Below, piece after piece: positions 1 to 10,646 of a DNA stretch of 31,718 bases (position 1 is the stretch's first letter; every line of letters begins with the position of its first letter). Position numbers and translations under genes: made by a program. The notes beneath the pieces are model-generated. The model did no database searches, had not been told where the DNA came from, and worked only from the letters and a program-made list of their open reading frames with translations. Origin of the DNA: a bacterium (GTDB taxonomy: Bacteria > SZUA-182 > DTGQ01 > JAFGSM01); the NCBI GenBank assembly GCA_049472335.1, contig JBLIRO010000060.1, positions 1-31,718 on the forward strand, read 5' to 3'.

Positions 1-1297
1 TTAGACTTAAGGCTACCTCGTGATTTGTTTGCTTTCTGCTCTGGGGTGTGAGACTATTATATTATTGCGGATATAATTATCTTTTAAAACAAAAAACGAC
101 CTTATTATTGAAAATCTGGCACTCAGGCAACAGCTTTTTACCTACAAGGCAAAAAATATAAAACCAATAATAAAAGAAAGAGATTGCTCCTTTTGGATTG
201 CACTAAAAAAATCATGGTCCAAACGGCCTGATACTTTGATCATTGTAAAGTAAAGCCAGAAACTGTTATACACTGGCAAGGGAGGCGCTTTAAAAAGCAT
301 TGGACAATAATATCCTCTAAAAACAAAAAATATGGTCGAAGGATAACGAAAAAAGAATTGAGAGACTTAATTTATAAAATGGCAAGGGAAAACAATTGGG
401 GAGCACCTCGCATCTATTCTGAACTTTTAATGCTTAGGTTTACAAAAAAAGAAATTTCTCAATCAACAGTTTCCAGGTATCTGAGAAGGTATAAGTCCAA
501 GAATCCAAATCATAAAAAGCATCAATCATGGATTACATTCATAAAAAATCATCGATAAGCCATTTCAGCAATGGATTTGTTTGTTGTTCCAACCGTTAAT
601 TTCACTATTATTTATGTTTTCTTCATTATTGATCATGCGAGAAGAAAGATCCTCCATTTCAATGTAACCGAGCATCCTATGACACAATGGGTAATGCAAC
701 AACTGTGAGAAGCATTTCCCTTTGTTTCATCTCCAAAGTACCTTATCTTTGATCGAGATGGCATCCTTTCACCACAGGTTAGACAGCTCATCAAAAATAT
801 GAATATAGAACCAAAACTGATCAGTTATAAGGCTCCTTGACAGAATGGTGTTGCTGAACGCTGGATTCTATCAGCAAGAGATGACCTGCTCAATCACATA
901 ATTGTCCTGAGTGAAGAGCATTTAAGACGGATTCTCAAAGAATATGTTAAATATTACAACAATGATCGATGTCATTTATCTCTTGATAGGAATACACCAA
1001 AAGGACGTGTAGTACTGAATAAGCCATCAGAAGCAGCCAAAGTAATGTCTGTTCCCAGACTTGGTGGTCTGCAGCATCAATATGAATGGCAAAAAGCTGC
1101 TTAATTTAGTTTTCAAAAAGCAAATACCTTTAATGTATTCTTATTAGATAGCCCTGCCCTCTCATATTTTTCTGTGATTATTTTCATCATATAATTCAGC
1201 TTTTATTCATTAAATTTTTAGAACTCAATAATAAATTTTTGAAAATTACTCTGATTAGGATTCATTTTTTAGTCAGATGAACTTTTAACAAGGCACA
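1..1297 (+). mobile_element. Degenerate insertion sequence; probable right end at 1297, left end not visible (probably upstream of the window)
   Basis: Transposase remnant, then an AT-rich tail ending GATGAACTTTTAACAAGGCACA (1276-1297). An ...ACA-3' end fits TGT...ACA elements, and integrase coding sequence begins abruptly right after it. Confidence 0.6.
50..1104 (+). pseudogene. IS transposase pseudogene with rve/DDE integrase core (IS481/IS3-like)
   Basis: Hand translation gives NDLIIENLALRQQL...WGAPRIYSEL...MDLFVVPT...LIFDRDG...AP*QNGVAERW...YYNNDRCHLSL...LGGLQHQY, typical of this family. Broken by TAA 74-76, a 5-bp duplication frameshift at 245-254, TAA 556-558, TGA 706-708 and TGA 838-840; natural stop TAA 1102-1104. 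Start position is approximate. Confidence 0.88.
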
Positions 1298-1299
1298 GG

Positions 1300-2148
1300 T
1301 TAAAGAGTCTTACGGTATGTCCGAATACTGCAAGGGTTTATCAAGTAGCCGTAAATAAACATATTGTCCCGTTTTTTGGTGATAAGGATATAAGAAAGAT
1401 TAAATAAGGTGATATCGAAGACTTTATTAACTGGATTCCTTTAGAATCAAAAGGCGTCTACAATATAGTAAACACACAGAAGACAATCCTCAGATATGCC
1501 TATAGACGTGAAGACATTTCCCGTGTACCTCCCTTTCCTAAATTATCCTATGATTTGCCTGAAATCGAATATTTGACCATAGAGCAGCAAGAGAAGCTTC
1601 TCAATGCCATACCGGATCATGACAGGCCTATATTTCAGTTCATGATGGAATATGGTGTGCGGCCACAAGAGGCAAGGGCATTGCAAAGAGACTGCATCAA
1701 AAACGGGAAGGTAAAAATTTGCAGGGCATTTTCCAATAATACGCTCAGAGAAACAACCAAAACCGGAGGCAAAGGCAAAAGGGCATTTGAGATTACACCT
1801 TATTTCAAAGAAGTCTTAAAAAAACATGGAAAATTCACCTGTGGTATCTTCATTCGTGTTTACCCGGGGGGATTGTAAACCTTATACAAGTAAAAACCTG
1901 AATGCTATCTGGCATGAGGCAGAGAATAAATCAGGCATTAAGTGCAAGTTATATAATGCATGCAGGCTTTACTTGGATGCCAGTTGTTGGACCAGGGTAC
2001 ACCTATGGACCTGGTGAGTGATGTTTTGGGGCATACAAATGAAAAGATGACCAGAAGGTATGCAAAGAGAAGTGTGGCTAAACTGACACAGGAATTGATG
2101 AAAAGACGGGAAAAGGTCATTAAATTCAAGGTAAAAGACGACAAATAA
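1300..2148 (+). pseudogene. Phage/ICE-type tyrosine recombinase (integrase), 5'-truncated and frameshifted
   Basis: LKSLTVCPNTARVYQVAVNKHIVPFFGDKDIRKIK*GDIEDF (core-binding region, TAA 1405-1407) continues in frame into ORF 1555-1878 (YGVRPQEARAL, TTKT). It then shifts frame near 1825 (KPYTSKNLNAIW...KLYNACR) and near 1965 (LGCQLLDQG...VLGHTNEKMTRRY). Confidence 0.9.
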
Positions 2149-2184
2149 TTTTCCCGTACAATTCAAGTCTGAATTGTTAGAAGT

Positions 2185-2197
2185 TAACTGCTTGAAT
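2185..2197. promoter_or_regulatory. Possible IHF-like site in the attachment arm between integrase and tRNA
   Basis: TAACTGCTTGAAT matches YAANNNNTTGATW with one mismatch and lies between the integrase stop and the tRNA 3' end. Confidence 0.35.
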
Positions 2198-2214
2198 TAA
2201 AGAGAAATATAGTA

Positions 2215-2286
2215 AGCCGGCGATAGGAATTGAACCTACGACCCGCTGATTACGAATCAGCTGCTCTACCTCTGAGCTACGCCGGC
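2215..2286 (-). tRNA. tRNA-Thr (anticodon CGT), CCA not encoded
   Basis: Reverse complement GCCGGCGTAGCTCAGAGGTAGAGCAGCTGATTCGTAATCAGCGGGTCGTAGGTTCAATTCCTATCGCCGGCT folds to a cloverleaf with anticodon CGT and a GGTTCAATTCC T-arm. Confidence 0.96.
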
Positions 2287-2306
2287 AATTAATATCAAGA
2301 GGTGAG

Positions 2307-2382
2307 TGGTGCCGGGGCACAGAATCGAACTGTGGACACAGGGATTTTCAGTCCCTTGCTCTACCGACTGAGCTACCCCGGC
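2307..2382 (-). tRNA. tRNA-Phe (anticodon GAA)
   Basis: Reverse complement GCCGGGGTAGCTCAGTCGGTAGAGCAAGGGACTGAAAATCCCTGTGTCCACAGTTCGATTCTGTGCCCCGGCACCA: 76 nt, GAA anticodon, encoded CCA. Confidence 0.97.
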
Positions 2383-2410
2383 ACAAATAGGGATTTGCAT
2401 TAAAAAAAAT

Positions 2411-2439
2411 ATCATAGACAAAAGCATAGTGTTTGTCAA
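2411..2439 (-). promoter_or_regulatory. sigma70-type promoter of the tRNA-Phe/tRNA-Thr operon
   Basis: Minus strand TTGACA (2439-2434), 17 bp, TATGAT (2416-2411), about 28 bp upstream of tRNA-Phe. Confidence 0.8.
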
Positions 2440-2504
2440 GGGGGAGGTTTTGTCTGGTTGGTATAAAAACCGGATGCTTTTCAGGGATTTTAGATGAAAA
2501 CTCT

Positions 2505-3410
2505 TCAACCGGTTTTTATGACATAGGTATGGGCAATAATATCATGTAATCCCTGTTTGTCTTTATTAAAGGCAATGAATATGAATCCGATATAGAGAGG
2601 AAGCAGGGAGATTATATAGCAAAAAAATCTTTCAATAGCCTTATCTAAACCCAACGGGCTTCCATCCGTCCTTATTACCTTGAGGTGAAGTAGTCTTTTT
2701 CCTGGGGTTTGGCCGGTTCTGCCATGGAAGTATACGAAATAGAATACAATGATCGCAATACCTATGGCCGTGATTAAAAATTCTCTCAGATCGAAGAATG
2801 TTTCAGGTTTCGCCAGCATAATTCTGGCACCGGTTATAACACCTAATTTGATCGTCCAGGCAAATATCCTTATTAGTATATTTATAAAAATGAGGTCTAT
2901 TATAAATGCCAAAGTTCTTATCCAAAATCCACCCTTTGATTTATTTATATCTGTTTTAATCTCATCGGCCTGGATTCCTTCATTCTTTTCAGAAGGCAGT
3001 AAAATGTTTTCGTCTTTCTTAATCTGATTAAATTGGGTCTCTTCCTTTGGCTCCGAAGAAAGAAAGGTATTTTCAGAGAGGGGTTTATATTCAGAGGAGT
3101 GTGTATCATCTTTCTCAGGACCATCAGACAAAAAAGGGATTTTGGGGGGATTCTCATCTTTTTCGCTAGATACCTGTGAGATATTTGATGGTACCACAGG
3201 ATCTTTTTCTATTTCTATATTTTTTTCAGGCAGGCCTTTATCGGATGAAGATTCTGACCTGGGATATTCAGGTGATGATTCTCCGGATGTGTTATTATCT
3301 TCAGGGGAAAAATCCAGATTCGGTTCCGGATCTTTATGGATTTTGGCACCACATTTCTGGCAGGTTTTCAGATGATCAAAGGAAATATAGCCACATTCAG
3401 GGCATTTCAT
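2505..3410 (-). CDS. RDD family membrane protein with N-terminal zinc ribbon and acidic disordered linker
   Basis: CPECG...CQKCG at the N-terminus; GGFWIRTLAFIID, GQTPGKRLLHLKV and KQGLHDIIAHTYV RDD motifs; GGGAGG SD upstream. Confidence 0.9.
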   Translation of the reverse strand: MKCPECGYISFDHLKTCQKCGAKIHKDPEPNLDFSPEDNNTSGESSPEYPRSESSSDKGLPEKNIEIEKDPVVPSNISQVSSEKDENPPKIPFLSDGPEKDDTHSSEYKPLSENTFLSSEPKEETQFNQIKKDENILLPSEKNEGIQADEIKTDINKSKGGFWIRTLAFIIDLIFINILIRIFAWTIKLGVITGARIMLAKPETFFDLREFLITAIGIAIIVFYFVYFHGRTGQTPGKRLLHLKVIRTDGSPLGLDKAIERFFCYIISLLPLYIGFIFIAFNKDKQGLHDIIAHTYVIKTG

Positions 3411-3559
3411 GATTAACCTCCCATTAAAATCGAAAGCTGCTTGATTTTTTTATCTGAAATCTTCTGAAATAAATTAAATAGCCTTTTATAATTAATACGG
3501 TTATTTCGTTTTTTTGCTTTCGAAACGTATAACTTCAAAAAATGTTTATAGTTAGGCTA

Positions 3560-3596
3560 ATGATATATTGACAAAAAACACTATGTCAAATAAAAT
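3560..3596. promoter_or_regulatory. Overlapping divergent sigma70 promoters (rng operon and RDD gene)
   Basis: Plus strand TTGACA 3568-3573, 17 bp, TAAAAT 3591-3596; minus strand TTGACA 3589-3584, 18 bp, TATCAT 3565-3560. Confidence 0.65.
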
Positions 3597-3687
3597 ACTA
3601 TAGTTTCTTTATATTTAGTTTTTTTATATTTAATTAATTTGAAATAACATTTTAAAAACAAGATTCTTCCATAGGAGAACTTTTAAA

Positions 3688-5220
3688 TTGAAAGAGATCA
3701 TTGTAAACGCAAATCCCTATGAAAAAAGGGTTGCCCTCCTGGAAGACCGTCTTCTTACGGAACTTTATATAGAAAGAAGAAGAAGCAAGAGGATCAATGG
3801 AAACATTTATAAGGGGCGGGTAATAAGGGTGCTTCCGGGAATGCAGGCTGCTTTTCTTGACATAGGGCTTCAGAAGGACGCCTTTCTATATGTCATGGAC
3901 ATAGATGATTCAATGTCAGAGATTGAAAAATTGATGATGGGTAATGAAGAGATTCAGGGAGGGCTCGGCACTTCGCTGGATGAAGACGTTAAACCTTTTC
4001 CCCTGGAGGAGCATCCTATTATGAATATTCAGGATCTTCTCAAGGAAGGGCAGGAAGTGCTGGTGCAGGTTTCCAAAGAGCCATTGGGTACAAAGGGGGC
4101 AAGGGTTACCAGCAATATAACCCTGCCCGGCAGGTATTTGGTCTACATGCCCACGGTTGATCATGTCGGGGTTTCAAGGCGCATAGAAGACAAGGATGAA
4201 AAGACAAGGCTTAAGGAAATGGTACAACGCCTTAAAAGTCCCGGTTCAGGGTATATTGTTCGAACGGTTGGGGAAGGTAAGGGAGAAGAAGAGTTCCTTT
4301 CCGATATTGAATATTTAAATAAATTATGGGATAAGATCCAGAAACGCAGTAACTCTTCCAGGTCTCCTTGTTTAATTCACAAGGAATTAGACATTCTGCT
4401 TAAAACCATCAGGGATATCTTCACTACGGATATAGACAGGATGGTTATAGACTCCGAAGAGGAATACGAGCGCTGTGTGGAGTTTGTAGAGACATTGATG
4501 CCTAATCTGACGGATCGAATCAAGATTTATCATAAGGATAAGCCCATTTTTGATGATTACAATATAGAAAAGCAGATTGAAGAGGCTTTAAGTCCCAAAG
4601 TCTGGCTTAAATCAGGTGGATATATTGTTATAGACGAGACAGAGGCATTGATTACAATAGACATTAACACAGGCAAATTTGTTGGTGAAGCAAATCTTGA
4701 AGAGACGATATATAAAACCAACATTGAGGCTGTTCATGAAATTGTTCGACAGATCAGGCTCAGAGATCTTGGCGGAATAATTATCATTGATTTTATTGAT
4801 ATGGGGATCGAAGAGAACAGGCAAAAACTGCTCGAAGTCCTCGAAAACGAGCTAAAAAAGGACCGCATGAGGACAAATATACTCCAGTTGACTCAATTGG
4901 GACTTGTAGAGATGACCAGAAAGAGGATCAAACAGAGCCTGGGGAGGATTCTCACATCTCCCTGTCCCTATTGCGGCGGGAGCGGCAGGGTCAAATCGAT
5001 CCTTACTATCTGCCGAACCATTCAGAGGGAGATCGACACTATTGGAAGCTCCAGGGCGGGTGACGAGATCCTCATAAAGGCCAATCCGGATATCTCGGCA
5101 TTCTTTTATAAGCAGGAGGACGACCTCCTTGAATATCTGGAGAACAAATATAATAAACGTATCACCATAAGAAGCGAACCCGACATGCATTACGAGGATT
5201 ATACCATAGATATCCTCTAA
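3688..5220 (+). CDS. rng: Ribonuclease G (Rne/Rng family)
   Basis: GNIYKGRVIRVLPGMQAAF, IDINTGKF, RLRDLGGIIIIDFIDM and CPYCGGSG Zn-link; 510 aa with no RNase E tail; TTG start after AGGAG. Confidence 0.93.
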   Translation: MKEIIVNANPYEKRVALLEDRLLTELYIERRRSKRINGNIYKGRVIRVLPGMQAAFLDIGLQKDAFLYVMDIDDSMSEIEKLMMGNEEIQGGLGTSLDEDVKPFPLEEHPIMNIQDLLKEGQEVLVQVSKEPLGTKGARVTSNITLPGRYLVYMPTVDHVGVSRRIEDKDEKTRLKEMVQRLKSPGSGYIVRTVGEGKGEEEFLSDIEYLNKLWDKIQKRSNSSRSPCLIHKELDILLKTIRDIFTTDIDRMVIDSEEEYERCVEFVETLMPNLTDRIKIYHKDKPIFDDYNIEKQIEEALSPKVWLKSGGYIVIDETEALITIDINTGKFVGEANLEETIYKTNIEAVHEIVRQIRLRDLGGIIIIDFIDMGIEENRQKLLEVLENELKKDRMRTNILQLTQLGLVEMTRKRIKQSLGRILTSPCPYCGGSGRVKSILTICRTIQREIDTIGSSRAGDEILIKANPDISAFFYKQEDDLLEYLENKYNKRITIRSEPDMHYEDYTIDIL

Positions 5221-5330
5221 TTCCGGCGGAATAAGTCTATCTTTATTCAGCAAAGATTTTTATTTATATGGGCTTTATGAATCGAAGCATAGTCTTTTTA
5301 TGATTGACAGAAAACTATTAGGGAGGTTGC

Positions 5331-5654
5331 TTGAATATGTATGCAATTGTTGAATCTAGGGGAAGGCAGTACAAGGTTTCACCCGGCGACTTGGTTGAGC
5401 TGGACTTAATGAAGGCTGAGCCGGGGACCACATATACCTTTGATAAAGTACTGATGCTGGTTGATGATGATAAGGTGGTCCTGGATAAAGGAGAACTGGA
5501 CAAGGTTAAGGTGTCCGGTGTTGTCACCGGCGATAAAAAAGGGCATAAACTTATTGTATTTAAATATAAAAGGCGTAAGGATTATCATAGAAAATTAGGA
5601 CATCGTCAGGAATATACGCTTCTGAAAATCGAATCCATAGAAAATCCCAGCTAG
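5331..5654 (+). CDS. rplU: 50S ribosomal protein L21
   Basis: MYAIVESRGRQYKV...VFKYKRRKDYHRKLGHRQEYT; start is TTG 5331 or ATG 5337 after GGGAGG. Confidence 0.97.
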   Translation: MNMYAIVESRGRQYKVSPGDLVELDLMKAEPGTTYTFDKVLMLVDDDKVVLDKGELDKVKVSGVVTGDKKGHKLIVFKYKRRKDYHRKLGHRQEYTLLKIESIENPS

Positions 5655-5666
5655 AAGGGATAGCTG

Positions 5667-5875
5667 TGGTTTGTTTTGAAGGTGAAAAAGTTGCCTTTAG
5701 GGTAACTGATTAAGCAGCTTATTGGAATGAAATTTTTTATTTTAAGGTGAAAAAGATTACCTTTATGGTAACTGATTAAGTAACATATTGGAATGAAGTT
5801 TGGTTTTGTTTGAAAGGTAAAAAAGCTGCCCAAATGATAATTGCATTAGGTAACATATTGGAATGAAATTTGGTT
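5667..5875 (+). repeat. Three imperfect tandem repeats of ~65-70 bp
   Basis: AAGGT(G/A)AAAAAG at 5679, 5744 and 5814; TATTGGAATGAA at 5720, 5786 and 5856; GGTAACTGATTAAG in units 1 and 2. Confidence 0.9.
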
Positions 5876-5889
5876 AGGAGGAAACGTAA

Positions 5890-7180
<1,291 letters not shown>

Positions 7181-7181
<1 letters not shown>

Positions 7182-8308
7182 TGGGAAACAGGAAGGAGAT
7201 CCTTTCCAAAGTCAAACGAGTTGTTGTGAAAATCGGTAGCAATGTACTTGCCACTCCGGATATAAACCTTGATGACAATGTAGTAAATAGGATTTCAGCG
7301 GACCTTTCAAAGGTAATGGATCAGGGATATAAGGTGGTGGTGGTAAGTTCCGGGGCCATACTTGCCGGGAGGGCAAAGCTTGGATTAAAGGAAAGACCCC
7401 GGCTCGTGCGCCAAAAACAGGCAGTGGCGGCGGTAGGGCAATCAACGCTGATGAGAACCTATGAAAAAAACATGGAGCGATTTGGAAAGCGGGTTGCCCA
7501 GATTTTACTCACTGATGGCGATATGACAAACCGGCAGAGATATATCAATGCCAGGAATACGTTAGAGACCCTTTTCGGCTACGGCGTTCTTCCTATTGTG
7601 AACGAGAACGATACGGTAGCCGTGGAAGAGATAAAATTCGGGGACAATGATACCCTCTCCGGCGTTGTCAGCCAGCTTGTCGAGGCGGACCTGCTTATCA
7701 TTTTATCCGATGTGGACGGACTCTATACGGCAGATCCAAACAAGAACCCTGACGCGCGATTCATCCCTCTTGTAGAGACCATAAATCAGGAGATTTACGC
7801 TGCTGCAAAGGAAACACCGTCCGTTATCGGTATAGGCGGCATGACCACGAAGATAAGGGCTGCACAGACCGCGGCGAGATCAGGCATAATCTGCATTATA
7901 GTAAATGGCAGGATTCCTGACATTGTTTCAAGACTCCTTGCCGGAGAGGAATTGGGCACACTATTTCTTGCTCAGGAGGATAAGCTTAATTGCAGAAAGT
8001 GCTGGATTGCCTTTACCCTGAAACCTCAGGGGAGCCTGATAGTAGATGAAGGTGCTTATAAGGCATTGAAAGAGGAAAAAAAGAGCCTCCTCCCTTCCGG
8101 GATAAAAGATGTAAAGGGCAGCTTTGACGCCGGAGATGCCGTAACAATTATAACTGAGGATGGTAAAGAGTTCGCGAGGGGGCTGGCAAATTACAGCTCT
8201 CTGGAAATCAATAAAATTAAAGGTGTGAAAAGCAGATTTTTAGAGCAGATCCTGGGCTATTGTGCTGCCGCGGAGGTCGTTCACAGAGACAATCTGGCAA
8301 TTTTGTAA
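7181..8308 (+). CDS. proB: Glutamate 5-kinase with PUA domain
   Basis: VVKIGS, VSSGA, NENDTV, FGDNDTL, GGMTTK, SLLPSGI. Confidence 0.97.
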
Positions 8309-8318
8309 AGGTGAACAT

Positions 8319-9584
8319 ATGGATACCAATCAAATAAGAGAACAAATTGTTACTATGGCACGTAAGGCTCATTCTGCCGCCCTGCAAATGAGCCATATCT
8401 CTTCTGCCGTAAAGGACAGGGCGTTAATAAAGATGGCCGGGGAAATAGTTGCAAAGGCTGAACGGATTATGGCTGCCAATGTAAAAGATGTGCACCTGGG
8501 AAGAGAAAAGGGGCTTAGCAACGCTATGATAGACAGGCTGTCCCTGAATCCCGAAAGAATAAAAGGAATGGCTGAAGCGCTTCGAGGTATAGCCTCTCAG
8601 GAGGACCCTGTAGGCAGGATAGACAAGATGTGGCGGAGGCCTAATGGCCTTGAGATAGGCCGGATGAGGGTGCCCATCGGTGTAATCGGGATCATTTATG
8701 AATCAAGGCCGAATGTAACCTCTGACGCCGCAGGTCTTTGTTTAAAGGCGGGAAATTGTTGCCTTTTAAGGGGGGGCTCAGAAGCGAGCAATTCAAATGT
8801 GGCCATTTCAGAGATTATGGAAAAGGTCGCCAGAGAAGAAGGACTGCCCGAGGGGGTCGTGCAGACGGTTCAGATCGCTGATAGAAAGGCCATCAATGAA
8901 ATGGTCCGGCTATATGAATACATAGATTTGATCATCCCCAGAGGGGGCGAGGGCCTGATAAAGGCTGTCAGGGAAAACGCGTTGGTCCCTGTAGTTGCCC
9001 ACTACAAAGGGGTTTGTCATGTATATGTGGACCGGTTGGCCGATCTCGGTATGGCTGAAGAGATCTGTTTTAACGCGAAGGTCCAGCGGCCGGGGGTATG
9101 CAATGCCATAGAGACTATGCTTGTACACAAGGATATAGCGGCCGAATTCTTATCCTGTATAGCCGGGCGTTTTAATGAAGCTGGTGTGGAGATGAGGGGC
9201 TGTCCGGTGACACGAAAATTCATATCAGATGCCATACCGGCTTCAGAAGAGGACTGGTATGCAGAGTATCTGGATTTAATCATTGCCGTGAAGGTGGTAA
9301 AAGACTCGGAGGAGGCGATAGAGCATATTAACCACTACGGCTCCCACCATTCGGATGCTATCGTAACGGCAGACTATAAGAAGGCGAGGGATTTTTTAAA
9401 GCGGGTGGACTCGGCAGCCGTTTATGTAAATGCTTCAACACGATTTACTGATGGCGGGGAATTCGGTCTTGGCGCTGAGATCGGAATAAGCACACAGAAG
9501 CTTCATGCCAGGGGACCGATGGGTGCCGAGGATCTAACCACCATAAAGTATATTATCTTGGGTGAAGGACAGATAAGGGAATAA
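8319..9584 (+). CDS. proA: Glutamate-5-semialdehyde dehydrogenase
   Basis: IIYESRPNVT, LIIPRGGEGLI, CNAIET, NASTRFTDGGEFGLGAEIGISTQKLHARGP; start set to ATG 8319. Confidence 0.97.
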   Translation: MDTNQIREQIVTMARKAHSAALQMSHISSAVKDRALIKMAGEIVAKAERIMAANVKDVHLGREKGLSNAMIDRLSLNPERIKGMAEALRGIASQEDPVGRIDKMWRRPNGLEIGRMRVPIGVIGIIYESRPNVTSDAAGLCLKAGNCCLLRGGSEASNSNVAISEIMEKVAREEGLPEGVVQTVQIADRKAINEMVRLYEYIDLIIPRGGEGLIKAVRENALVPVVAHYKGVCHVYVDRLADLGMAEEICFNAKVQRPGVCNAIETMLVHKDIAAEFLSCIAGRFNEAGVEMRGCPVTRKFISDAIPASEEDWYAEYLDLIIAVKVVKDSEEAIEHINHYGSHHSDAIVTADYKKARDFLKRVDSAAVYVNASTRFTDGGEFGLGAEIGISTQKLHARGPMGAEDLTTIKYIILGEGQIRE

Positions 9585-9593
9585 AAAAAGCAA

Positions 9594-10259
9594 TTGGATA
9601 TAGGCATTTTTGGTGGCACATTCAATCCTATTCATGTCGGCCATTTGATCGTGGCTGAGCATATCAGGGAATGTTTCAGACTGACCGGAATCTATTTTGT
9701 GCCTTCAGCAATCCCCCCTCATAAGGAAGGCCCGGTTCTCGAGGGGAAGCACCGTTTGAAAATGGTTGCGCTTGCCACATATTCTAATCCTTTTTTTTAC
9801 ACTTCTTCAATGGAAGTGGACCGCGGAGGCCGTTCATATACCATAGATACAGTGTGCCAAATGCGAAGGGAGCTTGGGGAAGGGCACACTTTTTATTTCA
9901 TCCTTGGTGCGGATGCGTTCAGGGATATCTCCACATGGAAGGATTGCGCTCAGCTTTTACAGTCCTGTAGATTTATAGTTATAAGCAGGCCCGGAGCTAA
10001 AATTGGTAAAATTGCCGAAGACCTTTCTATTACTCTAAAAAAACACAACCTGAACCTTGCATTGAAAATTATTGGGCGTAAAGAAGCCTTTCAGGATATT
10101 GATTTACATGCTGCGGATATCTTTTTTGTGCCTGTTCCAAAGATAGATATCTCGTCCTCCATTATAAGAAAGATGATCAGAACAGGAAAATCCATTCGTT
10201 ACCAGGTCCCTGATGAGGTTGAACAGTACATAGTTAAAAATAGACTTTATTTGGAATAA
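9594..10259 (+). CDS. nadD: Nicotinate-nucleotide adenylyltransferase
   Basis: GIFGGTFNPIHVGH, SYTIDT, FILGAD, ISSSIIR. Confidence 0.96.
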   Translation: MDIGIFGGTFNPIHVGHLIVAEHIRECFRLTGIYFVPSAIPPHKEGPVLEGKHRLKMVALATYSNPFFYTSSMEVDRGGRSYTIDTVCQMRRELGEGHTFYFILGADAFRDISTWKDCAQLLQSCRFIVISRPGAKIGKIAEDLSITLKKHNLNLALKIIGRKEAFQDIDLHAADIFFVPVPKIDISSSIIRKMIRTGKSIRYQVPDEVEQYIVKNRLYLE

Positions 10260-10301
10260 AGAAAGGAATATGATTATGAACAGACAAGGATCATTGGATT
10301 A

Positions 10302-10646
10302 ATGGACAGGATCCTTCAATTAGCTAGGGAGGCCGGCCGGATTGCAGATAGCAAAAAGGCAGAAGACATAACCATCCTTGATTTGAGAAATATAACCACA
10401 CTGACTGATTCTTTCGTGATATGTTCAGTGGCAAACAATCGCCAGGCCAGGGCGATTGCCCAGGAGATAGACGAAAAGCTGGCTAAACTCGGATTAAGGC
10501 TTGACCATATAGAGGGATATCCAAACTCCAACTGGATTTTAATGGATTATACGGATCTGGTTATTCATATCTTTACAAAAGATATAAGAGAATATTATGA
10601 CTTAGAGCACCTTTGGGGAGATGCCCCCAGGGTAGAATTGGATTAG
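10302..10646 (+). CDS. rsfS: Ribosome silencing factor
   Basis: KKAEDITILDL, WILMDYTDLVIHIF, REYYDLEHLW; conserved position after nadD. Confidence 0.95.
   Translation: MDRILQLAREAGRIADSKKAEDITILDLRNITTLTDSFVICSVANNRQARAIAQEIDEKLAKLGLRLDHIEGYPNSNWILMDYTDLVIHIFTKDIREYYDLEHLWGDAPRVELD

Noticed and set aside
706..840. In-frame TGA codons in the transposase as Trp/Sec recoding
   Set aside because: The same gene has TAA stops and a frameshift, and TGA ends intact genes such as rpmA, rlmH and comF; ordinary decay.
2266..2508. 80-aa minus-strand ORF
   Set aside because: Overlaps both tRNA genes and their promoter.
5651..5833. 60-aa minus-strand ORF with repeated FIPIxxLISY
   Set aside because: By-product of the DNA repeat; antisense within a ribosomal protein operon, and unit lengths are not consistently multiples of three.
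5667..5875. CRISPR array interpretation of the rplU-rpmA repeats
   Set aside because: Whole units are similar to each other with no unique spacers, and no cas genes are in the window.
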